The position numbers and the translations under genes are program-made. DNA of 20,000 nucleotides from an uncultured virus (IMG/VR IMGVR_UViG_2648501222_000009) (Duplodnaviria; Heunggongvirae; Uroviricota; Caudoviricetes): IMG/VR virus record IMGVR_UViG_2648501222_000009; one strand, given 5' to 3'. The notes beneath the pieces are model-generated. The model made no database searches, had not been told where the DNA came from, and was given only the letters and a program-made list of their open reading frames with translations. This document shows positions 7,881-15,309 of this stretch, one piece after another. The first letter of the stretch is position 1. Each line of letters begins with the position of its first letter.

Positions 7881-8317
7881 GTATCATGTCGTCAGTCATA
7901 TTAAAATCCGCAACGGTCACTTCTAACACCATGGATTTTGTAAGGCCAGATATTGATGTCGCCAAAGTGGCTGTAAAATTTAAACTGCACAACGCCTTAG
8001 AAGAAGATGAAGAGTGCAAATATTGCAGGTTAGCATTCTCCGGTGATGTTATTGGGAAGTTAACCGATGAAGATGAACCTGATTTCGATTTAGTTGACCA
8101 TGAGTTTAAGTTTAGCATCTCCGTTGATTATGAATTTGAAATCAACGATCGAGAGAAATATCTATCACTAACTAAAGATGAAAAAGCTGAATTGTGTGCA
8201 AATTTAGTTTATCTAGATTTTAGAAGGCGCATGACGCTAAATGCAAATAACATAGGGATAAGCAGCTTTAGAATGCCGCTATCGTTAATGACTCTAACAA
8301 AGAAATCAGAAAAATAA
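7877..8317 (+). CDS. Putative SecB-like chaperone (TAC third component)
   Basis: 146 aa, acidic, alternating beta-strand patterns, then helix ANLVYLDFRRRMTLNANNIGISSFRMPL resembling the SecB C-terminal helix/PxL segment; ATGA-coupled to hicB. Confidence 0.62.
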   Translation: MSIMSSVILKSATVTSNTMDFVRPDIDVAKVAVKFKLHNALEEDEECKYCRLAFSGDVIGKLTDEDEPDFDLVDHEFKFSISVDYEFEINDREKYLSLTKDEKAELCANLVYLDFRRRMTLNANNIGISSFRMPLSLMTLTKKSEK

Positions 8318-8322
8318 CCCCC

Positions 8323-8347
8323 AGCCCTCACCGCGAGGGCTTTTTTG
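8323..8347 (+). terminator. Rho-independent terminator ending the cI-hicA-hicB-secB-like transcript
   Basis: AGCCCTC-ACCGC-GAGGGCT followed by TTTTTT. Confidence 0.9.
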
Positions 8348-8452
8348 TGCCTGAAATTCCCCCGCCTGTGTGATCTGCGTCCAATCGTGACGATTTTTTG
8401 AAAATAAATTACCTGTTAAATCAATCAGGTAAACTTTTCTGCGTCATTTTGT

Positions 8453-8494
8453 TTACCTATGGGTATTTACATTTAAATTACCTGTGGGTATATT
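8453..8494 (+). promoter_or_regulatory. OL operators and pL promoter
   Basis: Operators TTACCTATGGGTAT 8453-8466 and TTACCTGTGGGTAT 8478-8491; -35 TTTACA 8466-8471, 17 bp, -10 TATATT 8489-8494. Confidence 0.88.
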
Positions 8495-8525
8495 TATATC
8501 CATCGAAGGGCAACCGGAGATAACC

Positions 8526-8601
8526 ATAGTCGAACGGCGCGACTTTAAACCATGCGTCGGGCACTCGGCGGAACCAGCTAGTTAAGTGGTCAATGAGATG
8601 C
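8526..8601 (+). ncRNA. putL: putL-like cis-acting antiterminator RNA (HK022 type)
   Basis: ATAGTCGAACGGCGCGACTTTAAACCATGCGTCGGG is nearly identical to HK022 putL as I recall it, with a compensatory GTC/GAC pair; second stem GCACTC-GGCGG...CAAT-GAG-A-TGC; directly after pL. Confidence 0.85.
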
Positions 8602-8644
8602 AATTTCATAAGAAATATTCCTTACCCGACGAGGTGTATTTCAA

Positions 8645-9148
8645 ATGAAATTCAGCAACAAATACGTGAAATCAAACTTTAAAAACATCGGTTATGACAA
8701 TACCAACGGATGCTTATTTAACACAGAGACTGGTGACCCATACACGGCATGGATAGACCACAGGGGATACAAAAGGCTAAACCTTCCTGTGGTTGGCACT
8801 GTAATCGAACACAGGGCTATATGGGCGGTGGTTCATGGCAGGTGCCCTGATATGCATATCGACCACATAGACAACGACAAACTTAATAACAGAATCGAAA
8901 ACCTTCGTGTTTGCACACACAACCAAAACCAACATAACCAAGGGATACGGGCAAGCAACAAAAGCGGATACAAGGGTGTCAGCTGGATGAAGTCAGTAAG
9001 GAAATGGCACGCACAAATTTGCTGCAATAGCAAAGTTACCCACCTCGGATTATATGCCTGCAAAATCGACGCAGCGAAAGCCTATGACCTGGCGGCAAAA
9101 GAGCTTCACGGCGAATTTGCATGGTTAAACTTCCCGCATCAATCGTGA
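8645..9148 (+). CDS. HNH homing endonuclease with C-terminal AP2 domain
   Basis: HRAIW...IDHIDNDKLNNRIENLR...NQHN plus SGYKGVSW...KWHAQI...LG...AAKAYD.AA..LHGEFA.LNFP. Confidence 0.93.
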   Translation: MKFSNKYVKSNFKNIGYDNTNGCLFNTETGDPYTAWIDHRGYKRLNLPVVGTVIEHRAIWAVVHGRCPDMHIDHIDNDKLNNRIENLRVCTHNQNQHNQGIRASNKSGYKGVSWMKSVRKWHAQICCNSKVTHLGLYACKIDAAKAYDLAAKELHGEFAWLNFPHQS

Positions 9149-9194
9149 ACGGGCAACACTGGCGGGATGGGTTGTGTGAGCGCAGATACTAATT

Positions 9195-9219
9195 ATAGCC
9201 CATTCGGTGAGTGGGCTAT
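9195..9219. terminator. Hairpin between convergent genes, possible terminator
   Basis: ATAGCCCATTC-GGT-GAGTGGGCTAT; no clear U-tract. Confidence 0.5.
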
Positions 9220-9225
9220 GGTGAG

Positions 9226-9729
9226 TTAACCAGACTTCAACTTAGAAACCGGAGATAAATATACCGAACCACATGAATTGCATTTAAGGGTAGCAATATG
9301 AGCGCCAATACCAGGGATAGTTTTAACCGAATTAACGCTAAGTGCAGACGCCTTTCCAGACTCATAACAGTGAGCACAAAAGTAGGAATATTTGCTAATG
9401 GAGTTTTCGGGAAGATTCTTACGATAGATCGTCGTACCAAGCATAGGGCTCCACGCTTCATAATCAACGGACTCTCTAAGCCATTTCTCTTTGTCAGCAT
9501 TTTTTGCATTTGCTTCACTGAGAGACTCCTCAAGGAGCATTATCGACTTCTGCTTCTCATTTATGATCTCTAAAAGCTTAGTGTTTTCCATTTGAATATC
9601 ATGAAGTTTTCTATTTATTTCATAGACTGCATTGTCAATAACAGCCTGATTTTTAGCGTCATTAACGGCGTTAAATAGATTAAGGCTTTCTCTGATAGCA
9701 GCAATAGCCGCTGGAATTTCACCGAACAT
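9226..9729 (-). CDS. Moron gene: coiled-coil plus C-terminal Zn-ribbon protein, function unknown
   Basis: 167 aa, AT-rich, opposite to the pL operon; FCAHC...LKCNSC; TATAAT upstream (9759-9764, minus strand). Confidence 0.8.
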   Translation of the reverse strand: MFGEIPAAIAAIRESLNLFNAVNDAKNQAVIDNAVYEINRKLHDIQMENTKLLEIINEKQKSIMLLEESLSEANAKNADKEKWLRESVDYEAWSPMLGTTIYRKNLPENSISKYSYFCAHCYESGKASALSVNSVKTIPGIGAHIATLKCNSCGSVYLSPVSKLKSG

Positions 9730-9793
9730 AATTAACTTCCATATTGTGGGGGTGAGTTAATTATAACTGTTTTCTGTTGTGGGGGCACGACGA

Positions 9794-9825
9794 AACCACC
9801 TCGCCTGATGTGGTTAAAAGCAGGC
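9794..9825 (+). other. Predicted H-type RNA pseudoknot
   Basis: Stem 1 AACCAC(9794-9799)/GTGGTT(9810-9815); stem 2 GCCTG(9803-9807)/CAGGC(9821-9825); loop 3 AAAAG. Confidence 0.55.
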
Positions 9826-9829
9826 ATCC

Positions 9830-9935
9830 AGTCAGTATTGGGATTGGTGCAGAAGATGGCGTGACATAAGCCACTTTCGGGAGATGTCCGGATCATGATT
9901 TAGTCACATGACTGTGCCAATCACCAATACTGACT
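9830..9935 (+). other. Long stem-loop, possible RNase III site or structured RNA
   Basis: AGTCAGTATTGG-GATTGG-TGCAG pairs with CTGTG-CCAATC-A-CCAATACTGACT; inner GTGAC/GTCAC. Confidence 0.65.
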
Positions 9936-9979
9936 AACCATATTCCAGAGTGAGTTCTGGATCACAACGAGGAATAAAC

Positions 9980-10603
9980 ATGACACGGTTAACCAATAAC
10001 ATCAAATCAGAAATCATCAGAAATGCCTTGGTAAAAGCGGGCATTCAGGAAGAAAAAGAGCTGTTAAGAGCAGAAAAAAGCACATTGGCGAACGATGTCA
10101 GAATAGCGGCTCTCGGTGGCGCTGAAAATGCTAAGAAAATTGATGATAAATACGCGACAGCGCTAGCAATTGTAAAAGAATTGAAAAGTGATGTTGATGA
10201 ATATATCCACATCGGTAACGCCACGGATGATGAAATATATCCGGCATTTGGAGGTCAGCGCACAAGGCTTCGTTATGGGCGTGACGACCAAGGAGCGGTA
10301 TTGCGTCTTCTCACTCCGCAAAACAGCAAATGCTTATTCCCTGCTGACCATGAGCTAAGCAAGCGGTTTGCTCAAATCGTTGATAAAGAATCCAGCATTG
10401 AGAAAAAAGAAGCTGAAATAAAAGCGAACGTAAAAGCCGCTCTGGACTCGGTGACTACGATTAAAAAACTTATTTCAGTATGGCCGGAAGTAAAAGAAAT
10501 TCTCCCGGAAGGTGAGCAGGAGCAACAGGCATCACTGCCTGCGGTAAAAGTCGAAAATCTTAATTCTCTTATTGGCCTGCCAACAGAATCAGAAGCCGCA
10601 TGA
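9980..10603 (+). CDS. Nmad5-family (nucleotide modification associated domain 5) protein
   Basis: MTRLTNNIKSEIIRNAL...LDSVTTIKKLISVWPEVKEILP...LNSLIGLP; GAGGA RBS. Confidence 0.75.
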   Translation: MTRLTNNIKSEIIRNALVKAGIQEEKELLRAEKSTLANDVRIAALGGAENAKKIDDKYATALAIVKELKSDVDEYIHIGNATDDEIYPAFGGQRTRLRYGRDDQGAVLRLLTPQNSKCLFPADHELSKRFAQIVDKESSIEKKEAEIKANVKAALDSVTTIKKLISVWPEVKEILPEGEQEQQASLPAVKVENLNSLIGLPTESEAA

Positions 10604-10673
10604 CTAACACCCCGCAGCGGGGATAACTATTCGGACATCACGTAGCACAGGGAAGTGCATAGGAGGAAGTAAC

Positions 10674-10838
10674 ATGCCGATGTTTAAAGTAACGTGCAAA
10701 TGGAACGGGAAGCCATGGGAAAAGGATATCGAGGCCGAGGATGAAGCCGACTGTACAGAGCACATGTATTTGTTCGGTGTGCTGATTGGCAAAGCCGACA
10801 TCCAAGACCTTCAGATCACCGAAATCACACAGAAGTAA
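10674..10838 (+). CDS. Small acidic hypothetical protein (54 aa, MPMFKVTCKWNGKPWEKDIEAEDEADC...)
   Basis: Translated by hand; strong AGGAGG RBS. Confidence 0.75.
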   Translation: MPMFKVTCKWNGKPWEKDIEAEDEADCTEHMYLFGVLIGKADIQDLQITEITQK

Positions 10839-10866
10839 CCCACCCTATAAATAAACGGAGTTAATT

Positions 10867-11808
10867 ATGGCAAACGAACTGGTCGTTATCGAACCAGCGA
10901 CAGCGCTCGACCTTTTTACAGCGCCGGATAAGGTTCAGGTACTGCTGTCTGGTATCCGGGAGAGAGCACTCGCAGAACAGGCATTACTCGATACTGATTT
11001 ATCGAAAGCCAAGAATCGCGATGCTATCAAATCACTGGCCTACAAAGTTACGCAGTCAAAAACATACATCGACAAAGCTGGAAAGGTTGTCGTTGATGAG
11101 CTGAAAGAGCTGCCGAAAAAAGTGGATGCCAGTCGCAAGCAGTGCCGGGATGAACTCGACGCACTGAGCGAAGAAATCCGCCGGCCGGTAACAGCATGGG
11201 AGGATGCGGAAAAAGCACGTGTAGCAGCGGAAGAATTAGCTCGCCAAATTGAGCGTGACCACGAAGAAGCGCTGCAGATGAATGAGTTGCATGACCTGCG
11301 TAAAGCCGAAGAAGAACGCAAACGCATTGAGCATGAAAACGAAATCAAGCGTCAGGCGGCAGAACAGGCACGAATCGAAGCTGAACAAAAAGCACAGCGT
11401 GATCGCGAAGCGGCGGAGCTGAAAGCCAAACAGGAACGTGAAGCTGCGGAATTAAAAGCACGACAGGAAGTCGAGGCAGCAGCTAAGCGCGAACGTGAGG
11501 CCAGAGAGGCGCAGGAACGCGCAGAACGTGAAAAGCAGGAGGCTATCGCGAAGGCTGAGCGTGAAAAGTTGGCTGCAGTTGAAGCGGAGCGGCGCAAGGC
11601 AGAGGAAGCCGAACGCACACGACTGGCGGAGATTGAGCGCCAGAAGCAGGAAGAATTAAAGCGCCAGGCGAACAAAGAGCATCAGCATAAATTTAACCGC
11701 GAGGCTTTACAGGCACTGACTGAAGCAGGATTTGACGATAAAACCGCAACAAAATTCCTTGAGATGGTGATTAAAGGCGAAGTCCCTCACCTCTCAATGA
11801 ACTACTAA
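10867..11808 (+). CDS. Phage coiled-coil protein (Ala/Glu/Arg-rich, often mis-annotated as TolA-like)
   Basis: AIKSLAYKVTQSKTYID..GK..VDELKELPKKVDASRK N-domain, long EAR-rich coil, KGEVPHLSMNY end. Confidence 0.85.
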   Translation: MANELVVIEPATALDLFTAPDKVQVLLSGIRERALAEQALLDTDLSKAKNRDAIKSLAYKVTQSKTYIDKAGKVVVDELKELPKKVDASRKQCRDELDALSEEIRRPVTAWEDAEKARVAAEELARQIERDHEEALQMNELHDLRKAEEERKRIEHENEIKRQAAEQARIEAEQKAQRDREAAELKAKQEREAAELKARQEVEAAAKREREAREAQERAEREKQEAIAKAEREKLAAVEAERRKAEEAERTRLAEIERQKQEELKRQANKEHQHKFNREALQALTEAGFDDKTATKFLEMVIKGEVPHLSMNY

Positions 11809-11847
11809 CCCACCCTATCCCACCTAGGGATATCAGCAGGTAATCAC

Positions 11848-11982
11848 ATGACTATCAATCAGAACGTTTTCCGTCTGGCGCAAGCACAGGCGCGGGTAGC
11901 TATACGCCAGAAATGCGATGACATCTGGTGGTTAGCAATGGAATTACTCAGAGAAAGTTACGGGAGGCAGGCATGCAGATAA
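11848..11982 (+). CDS. Kil-like host division inhibitor peptide (44 aa, MTINQNVFRLAQAQARVAIRQKCDDIWWLAMELLRESYGRQACR)
   Basis: Translated by hand; size, R.AQ..A.(I/V)A....W..A pattern and position upstream of the recombination genes. Confidence 0.55.
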   Translation: MTINQNVFRLAQAQARVAIRQKCDDIWWLAMELLRESYGRQACR

Positions 11983-12218
11983 CTTGCGACCACTTCAGCG
12001 TTTCCAGCAGAACCGGCGAGTCGGTAATCACTACCCACGGAAGGACATTTATCAACGGCCTTGATTCTGAGGCTATAGGAAATAGCGATGCCGACATACA
12101 GGAGTTAGTCGGTAACTGGATGCGGAATATGGATGAGCAATCAGCAGTTGAGACGCTACGGAAAGCAGGGCTCAACATGGACATTATCGCACAGCTTGCA
12201 GGAAGGAGCGCGGCATGA
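11973..12218 (+). CDS. Hypothetical protein (81 aa)
   Basis: GGAGG RBS, ATG at 11973, ATGA-coupled to the next gene. Confidence 0.7.
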   Translation: MQITCDHFSVSSRTGESVITTHGRTFINGLDSEAIGNSDADIQELVGNWMRNMDEQSAVETLRKAGLNMDIIAQLAGRSAA

Positions 12219-12424
12219 GCGCATACGCAGCACAGGATGCTCAGGAAGAGCGGAGGCTGGAGCATGCAGCATGGCAGGATGCCGTGGACATGGAAGTTCA
12301 GCAGATAACATCGGATGTTTTCTTTGGTGTGGATCAGTCAATTTTAGACAAATTCAGTGACGATGCGCAGGACGCGCTTTTTAACTCGCTGTGCAAACAA
12401 ATAAAAAGGAGATTCTTTTCATGA
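12215..12424 (+). CDS. Hypothetical acidic protein (69 aa) in the gam/abc position
   Basis: AAGGAG RBS; coupled to bet. Confidence 0.7.
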   Translation: MSAYAAQDAQEERRLEHAAWQDAVDMEVQQITSDVFFGVDQSILDKFSDDAQDALFNSLCKQIKRRFFS

Positions 12425-13158
12425 GTAACTCACTGGTGTCGATGGCTGGCTCTCTCGCCCAAAAGCTTGATCTGGCAATCGACGAGAAAGACCTGATTAA
12501 CACACTGCGGTCTACGGCATTCAAGGCTGAGGCCACAGACCAGCAGTTTCTTGCGCTTCTCATTGTCGCCAATCAGTACAACCTGAACCCATGGACAAAA
12601 GAGATTTACGCTTTCCCAGACAGGACGGGAATCGTTCCTGTTGTCGGCGTTGATGGATGGGCTCGGATTATTAACGGCAACAAAAATTTTGACGGCATGG
12701 AATTCGAAATGGATGACGAATCGTGCACATGCAAAATTTACCGCAAAGACCGGAATCACCCGACATCAGTAACGGAATACATGAGTGAATGTAATCGGGG
12801 AACCCAGCCGTGGAAATCTCACCCTAAACGCATGCTGCGGCATAAAGCCATGATTCAGTGTGCACGTCTGGCATTTGGGTTTGCTGGAATTTACGACCAG
12901 GATGAAGCAGAGCGCATCACAGAAAATACACCGGCCGGGGTTATCAACGGACAGGAGAGCCATGAAAACCGGCCTGAGCTCATCGCACGCTGTGAAGAGG
13001 CTGCAAAAAACGGAATGGAAGCATTTAAGCAGCTATGGACAGAGCTTACTCCCGAAGAAAGGACGATCATCGGGTCAGCAGATAAAGAGCGAATCAAAAA
13101 TAGTATCGCCATTGATGCCGAATACACTGAGGTGACAGATGGAGCAGAGAACGGATGA
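12421..13158 (+). CDS. bet: Bet (Red-beta) single-strand annealing protein
   Basis: ALLIVANQYNLNPWTKEIYAFP..GIVPVVGVDGWARIIN...PWKSHPKRMLRHKAMIQCARLAFGFAGIYDQDEAERI. Confidence 0.95.
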   Translation: MSNSLVSMAGSLAQKLDLAIDEKDLINTLRSTAFKAEATDQQFLALLIVANQYNLNPWTKEIYAFPDRTGIVPVVGVDGWARIINGNKNFDGMEFEMDDESCTCKIYRKDRNHPTSVTEYMSECNRGTQPWKSHPKRMLRHKAMIQCARLAFGFAGIYDQDEAERITENTPAGVINGQESHENRPELIARCEEAAKNGMEAFKQLWTELTPEERTIIGSADKERIKNSIAIDAEYTEVTDGAENG

Positions 13159-13735
13159 GTGGTTTGCGGCCAGGCTAGGGAAAGTAACGGCAAGCAATAT
13201 TGCAAAAGTAATGGCGAAAGGCGGCGGAGCGACAAGGAAGAATTATATGGCTCAGTTGGTTTGCGAAACACTGACAGGCCAGAAGGAAGAGACCTTTAAA
13301 TCAGCAAGTATGGAGCGCGGTAACGAGCTTGAGGCGGTAGCAAGGGAAATGTACTGCCTTAACGAATTCGACGCCACGGTAACGGAAACCGGCTTTATTC
13401 AGCACCCCACCATTGAACTTTTCGGCGCCAGCCCTGACGGTCTTGTAAACGATGACGGATTAATCGAAATCAAGTGCCCGAACACGGCAACTCATATTGA
13501 GACCATAAAAACCGGAAAGCCAAAGCGTGAATACATCCTTCAGACGCACGGACAGATGATGTGCACCGGACGCAGATGGTGTGACTTTGTCAGCTATGAT
13601 AACCGGCTTCCGGAAAATCTCGCCTATTTCAAAACACGGATTGTTTTTGATGAAGCACTTGCCAGTGAAATAGAAACGGAAATTCGCGAATTCACGAAAG
13701 AACTCAGGGAAGAAATCGAGTTTTTAACCAAATAA
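13139..13735 (+). CDS. exo: YqaJ/lambda-type exonuclease
   Basis: MEQRTDEWFAARLGKVTAS, GASPDGL, IEIKCP, WCDFVSYD. Confidence 0.95.
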   Translation: MEQRTDEWFAARLGKVTASNIAKVMAKGGGATRKNYMAQLVCETLTGQKEETFKSASMERGNELEAVAREMYCLNEFDATVTETGFIQHPTIELFGASPDGLVNDDGLIEIKCPNTATHIETIKTGKPKREYILQTHGQMMCTGRRWCDFVSYDNRLPENLAYFKTRIVFDEALASEIETEIREFTKELREEIEFLTK

Positions 13736-13749
13736 ATATGGACTAAATT

Positions 13750-14010
13750 ATGGGCGACATGGGCGATATATTCCGCGCAATGCGTGAAGATGCCAAAGAA
13801 AGGAAGCAGCAGAGATTAAAAGAAAATACAGGGAAGTTATCAGGGGTTGATATTCCGTTTACACAGGATGGAAGCGGAACAATTCATTTTTCAACACCAG
13901 CCGGAAAGGTTCTGTTTTATCCCACCACAAACAAAATTCAGCACAAGAAAAAGGTCACTCGCGGCAATCTGGAAAAGGCTGTCGCACTGGCTAAAAGTCT
14001 TGGTGCATAA
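13750..14010 (+). CDS. Hypothetical basic protein (86 aa)
   Basis: ORF MGDMGDIFRAMRE...FYPTT.K; co-directional within the operon. Confidence 0.7.
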   Translation: MGDMGDIFRAMREDAKERKQQRLKENTGKLSGVDIPFTQDGSGTIHFSTPAGKVLFYPTTNKIQHKKKVTRGNLEKAVALAKSLGA

Positions 14011-14053
14011 CCCCACCGTTTCAGGATGAAGCGTAATGCAGGGATGCTGAGGC

Positions 14054-14082
14054 TTGACGGCTATGATTGGTTGCGGTAGATT
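14054..14082 (+). promoter_or_regulatory. Sigma70 promoter of the c4/antirepressor unit
   Basis: -35 TTGACG 14054-14059, 17 bp, -10 TAGATT 14077-14082. Confidence 0.75.
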
Positions 14083-14163
14083 GCGAGTAGGTGCTGAACA
14101 CACCATCGAAAGCGGTCTCCACACCCGATAGCCATGTGGATTTTTTATGTCCATTATTCAGAT

Positions 14164-14248
14164 ATGGTCGGGTAGCGAGCAGAACATAAAACACCCGCAA
14201 GGGGAAAACTGCTGGCCGACTTTCGACGGTGTTCAAGTACCCGACCGC
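14164..14248 (+). ncRNA. C4-type antisense RNA (P1 c4 / P4 CI / IsrK-like)
   Basis: Closing stem GGTCGGGTA(14166-14174)/TACCCGACC(14238-14246); the segment CTTTCGACGGTGTTCA is complementary to upstream TGAACACACCATCGAAAG (14095-14112) and downstream TGAACAAATCGAAAG (14270-14284, at the RBS). Confidence 0.8.
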
Positions 14249-14293
14249 CCTGCTGAACACAGGGAAATCTGAACAAATCGAAAGGACATAGCC

Positions 14294-15103
14294 ATGAATA
14301 CTCAAATTCAATCACGAATTTCATCCTCGCCGTCTGTTTTTATTCATGACGGAAAAGCGATCACCACATCAATTTCTATTGCTGATTACTTCCAAAAAAC
14401 TCATGACAACGTACTGAAAAAAATCAGATCTGTTATTGCGGATTGTGATGAAAAATACCATCTCGTCAATTTTAACGAGGTGGTCAGGGACGTTACCGGA
14501 GGTGATGGAGCCGTTCGTAAAATGCCGATGTATGAATTAACACGGGACGGCTTTGTTTTGATTGCAATGGGCTTCACGGGTAAGAAAGCGTTACAGTGGA
14601 AAATAAACTACATTAACGCATTTAATAGCATGGAAGCTGAGCTATTCAGCCCGAAAAAATCCACCGTTGACCAGCGCACACCATTACGTGATGCCGTTAA
14701 CCTTTTGGTCAGCAAAAAGGGGCTGATGTACCCAGAGGCCTATTCAATCGTTCATCAGCGTTTCAGCGTGGAAAGTATCGAAGAATTACAGCCTGAACAG
14801 TTACCGATGGCAATAGAATATATTCACCGACTGGCTTTAGAAGGTGAATATTTACCGAAAGACGACCCACGGGAAGTTACCCACCTTTATGTTAATAAGG
14901 ATTTAGACATCCATAATGTAAATGCACTGGCGAAACATTTCGAGGCGATTTACACCGCGTGGAAGGTTGAGCTATATCCGGCGTTACGCAGTGTCGATTC
15001 ACCGATTGCTTCCAGATTATATGACCGGTTCAAAGACGGGTATTCATTCCTCATGCGATTACAGGAAAGCCTTAACGGTAAACATCCTGCATTAATAAAT
15101 TAA
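14294..15103 (+). CDS. Rha-family antirepressor with P22AR C-terminal domain
   Basis: TTSISIADYFQKTHDNVLKKI...YELTRDGFVLIAMGFTGKKALQWKINYINAFNSME plus STVDQRTPLRDAVNLLV..KG. Confidence 0.9.
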   Translation: MNTQIQSRISSSPSVFIHDGKAITTSISIADYFQKTHDNVLKKIRSVIADCDEKYHLVNFNEVVRDVTGGDGAVRKMPMYELTRDGFVLIAMGFTGKKALQWKINYINAFNSMEAELFSPKKSTVDQRTPLRDAVNLLVSKKGLMYPEAYSIVHQRFSVESIEELQPEQLPMAIEYIHRLALEGEYLPKDDPREVTHLYVNKDLDIHNVNALAKHFEAIYTAWKVELYPALRSVDSPIASRLYDRFKDGYSFLMRLQESLNGKHPALIN

Positions 15104-15112
15104 TTCTATATC

Positions 15113-15138
15113 AGCCCTGCAATCGCGGGGCTTTTTAA
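15113..15138 (+). terminator. Rho-independent terminator
   Basis: AGCCCTGC-AATC-GCGGGGCT followed by TTTT. Confidence 0.8.
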
Positions 15139-15150
15139 TCGGAATATACA

Positions 15151-15309
15151 ATGACCATAATCGGATTTGTATTACTACTGGTAATGCACGGCTCTGCTGT
15201 GCCTGTTACCGATGATATTTATACGCTCGAAGAATGTGAGAGCCGCGCAGTGCAGATGACGACTGTGCGGAATGTTGAATTAGTGTGTGCGGAGGTGGTG
15301 AGACAATGA
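15151..15309 (+). CDS. Small protein with hydrophobic N-terminus and two Cys (52 aa), DUF1482/YebW-like
   Basis: Translated by hand: MTIIGFVLLLVMHGSAVPVTDDIYTLEECESRAVQMTTVRNVELVCAEVVRQ; ATGA-coupled to the next ORF. Confidence 0.55.
   Translation: MTIIGFVLLLVMHGSAVPVTDDIYTLEECESRAVQMTTVRNVELVCAEVVRQ

Noticed and set aside
11340..11680. Repetitive DNA / TolA annotation and long antisense ORFs (11040-11348, 11352-11675)
   Set aside because: Low-complexity Ala/Glu/Arg coiled-coil coding; no TolA membrane anchor; the antisense ORFs are shadows
14011..14050. TTTCAGGATGAAGCGTAATGC resembles the tip of HK022 putL stem II
   Set aside because: Stem I and the GGCG motif are missing; at most a relic, so it cannot be supported as a third put site
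14021..14311. 96-aa minus-strand ORF across the c4 region
   Set aside because: Better explained by the plus-strand RNA structure; no coding evidence
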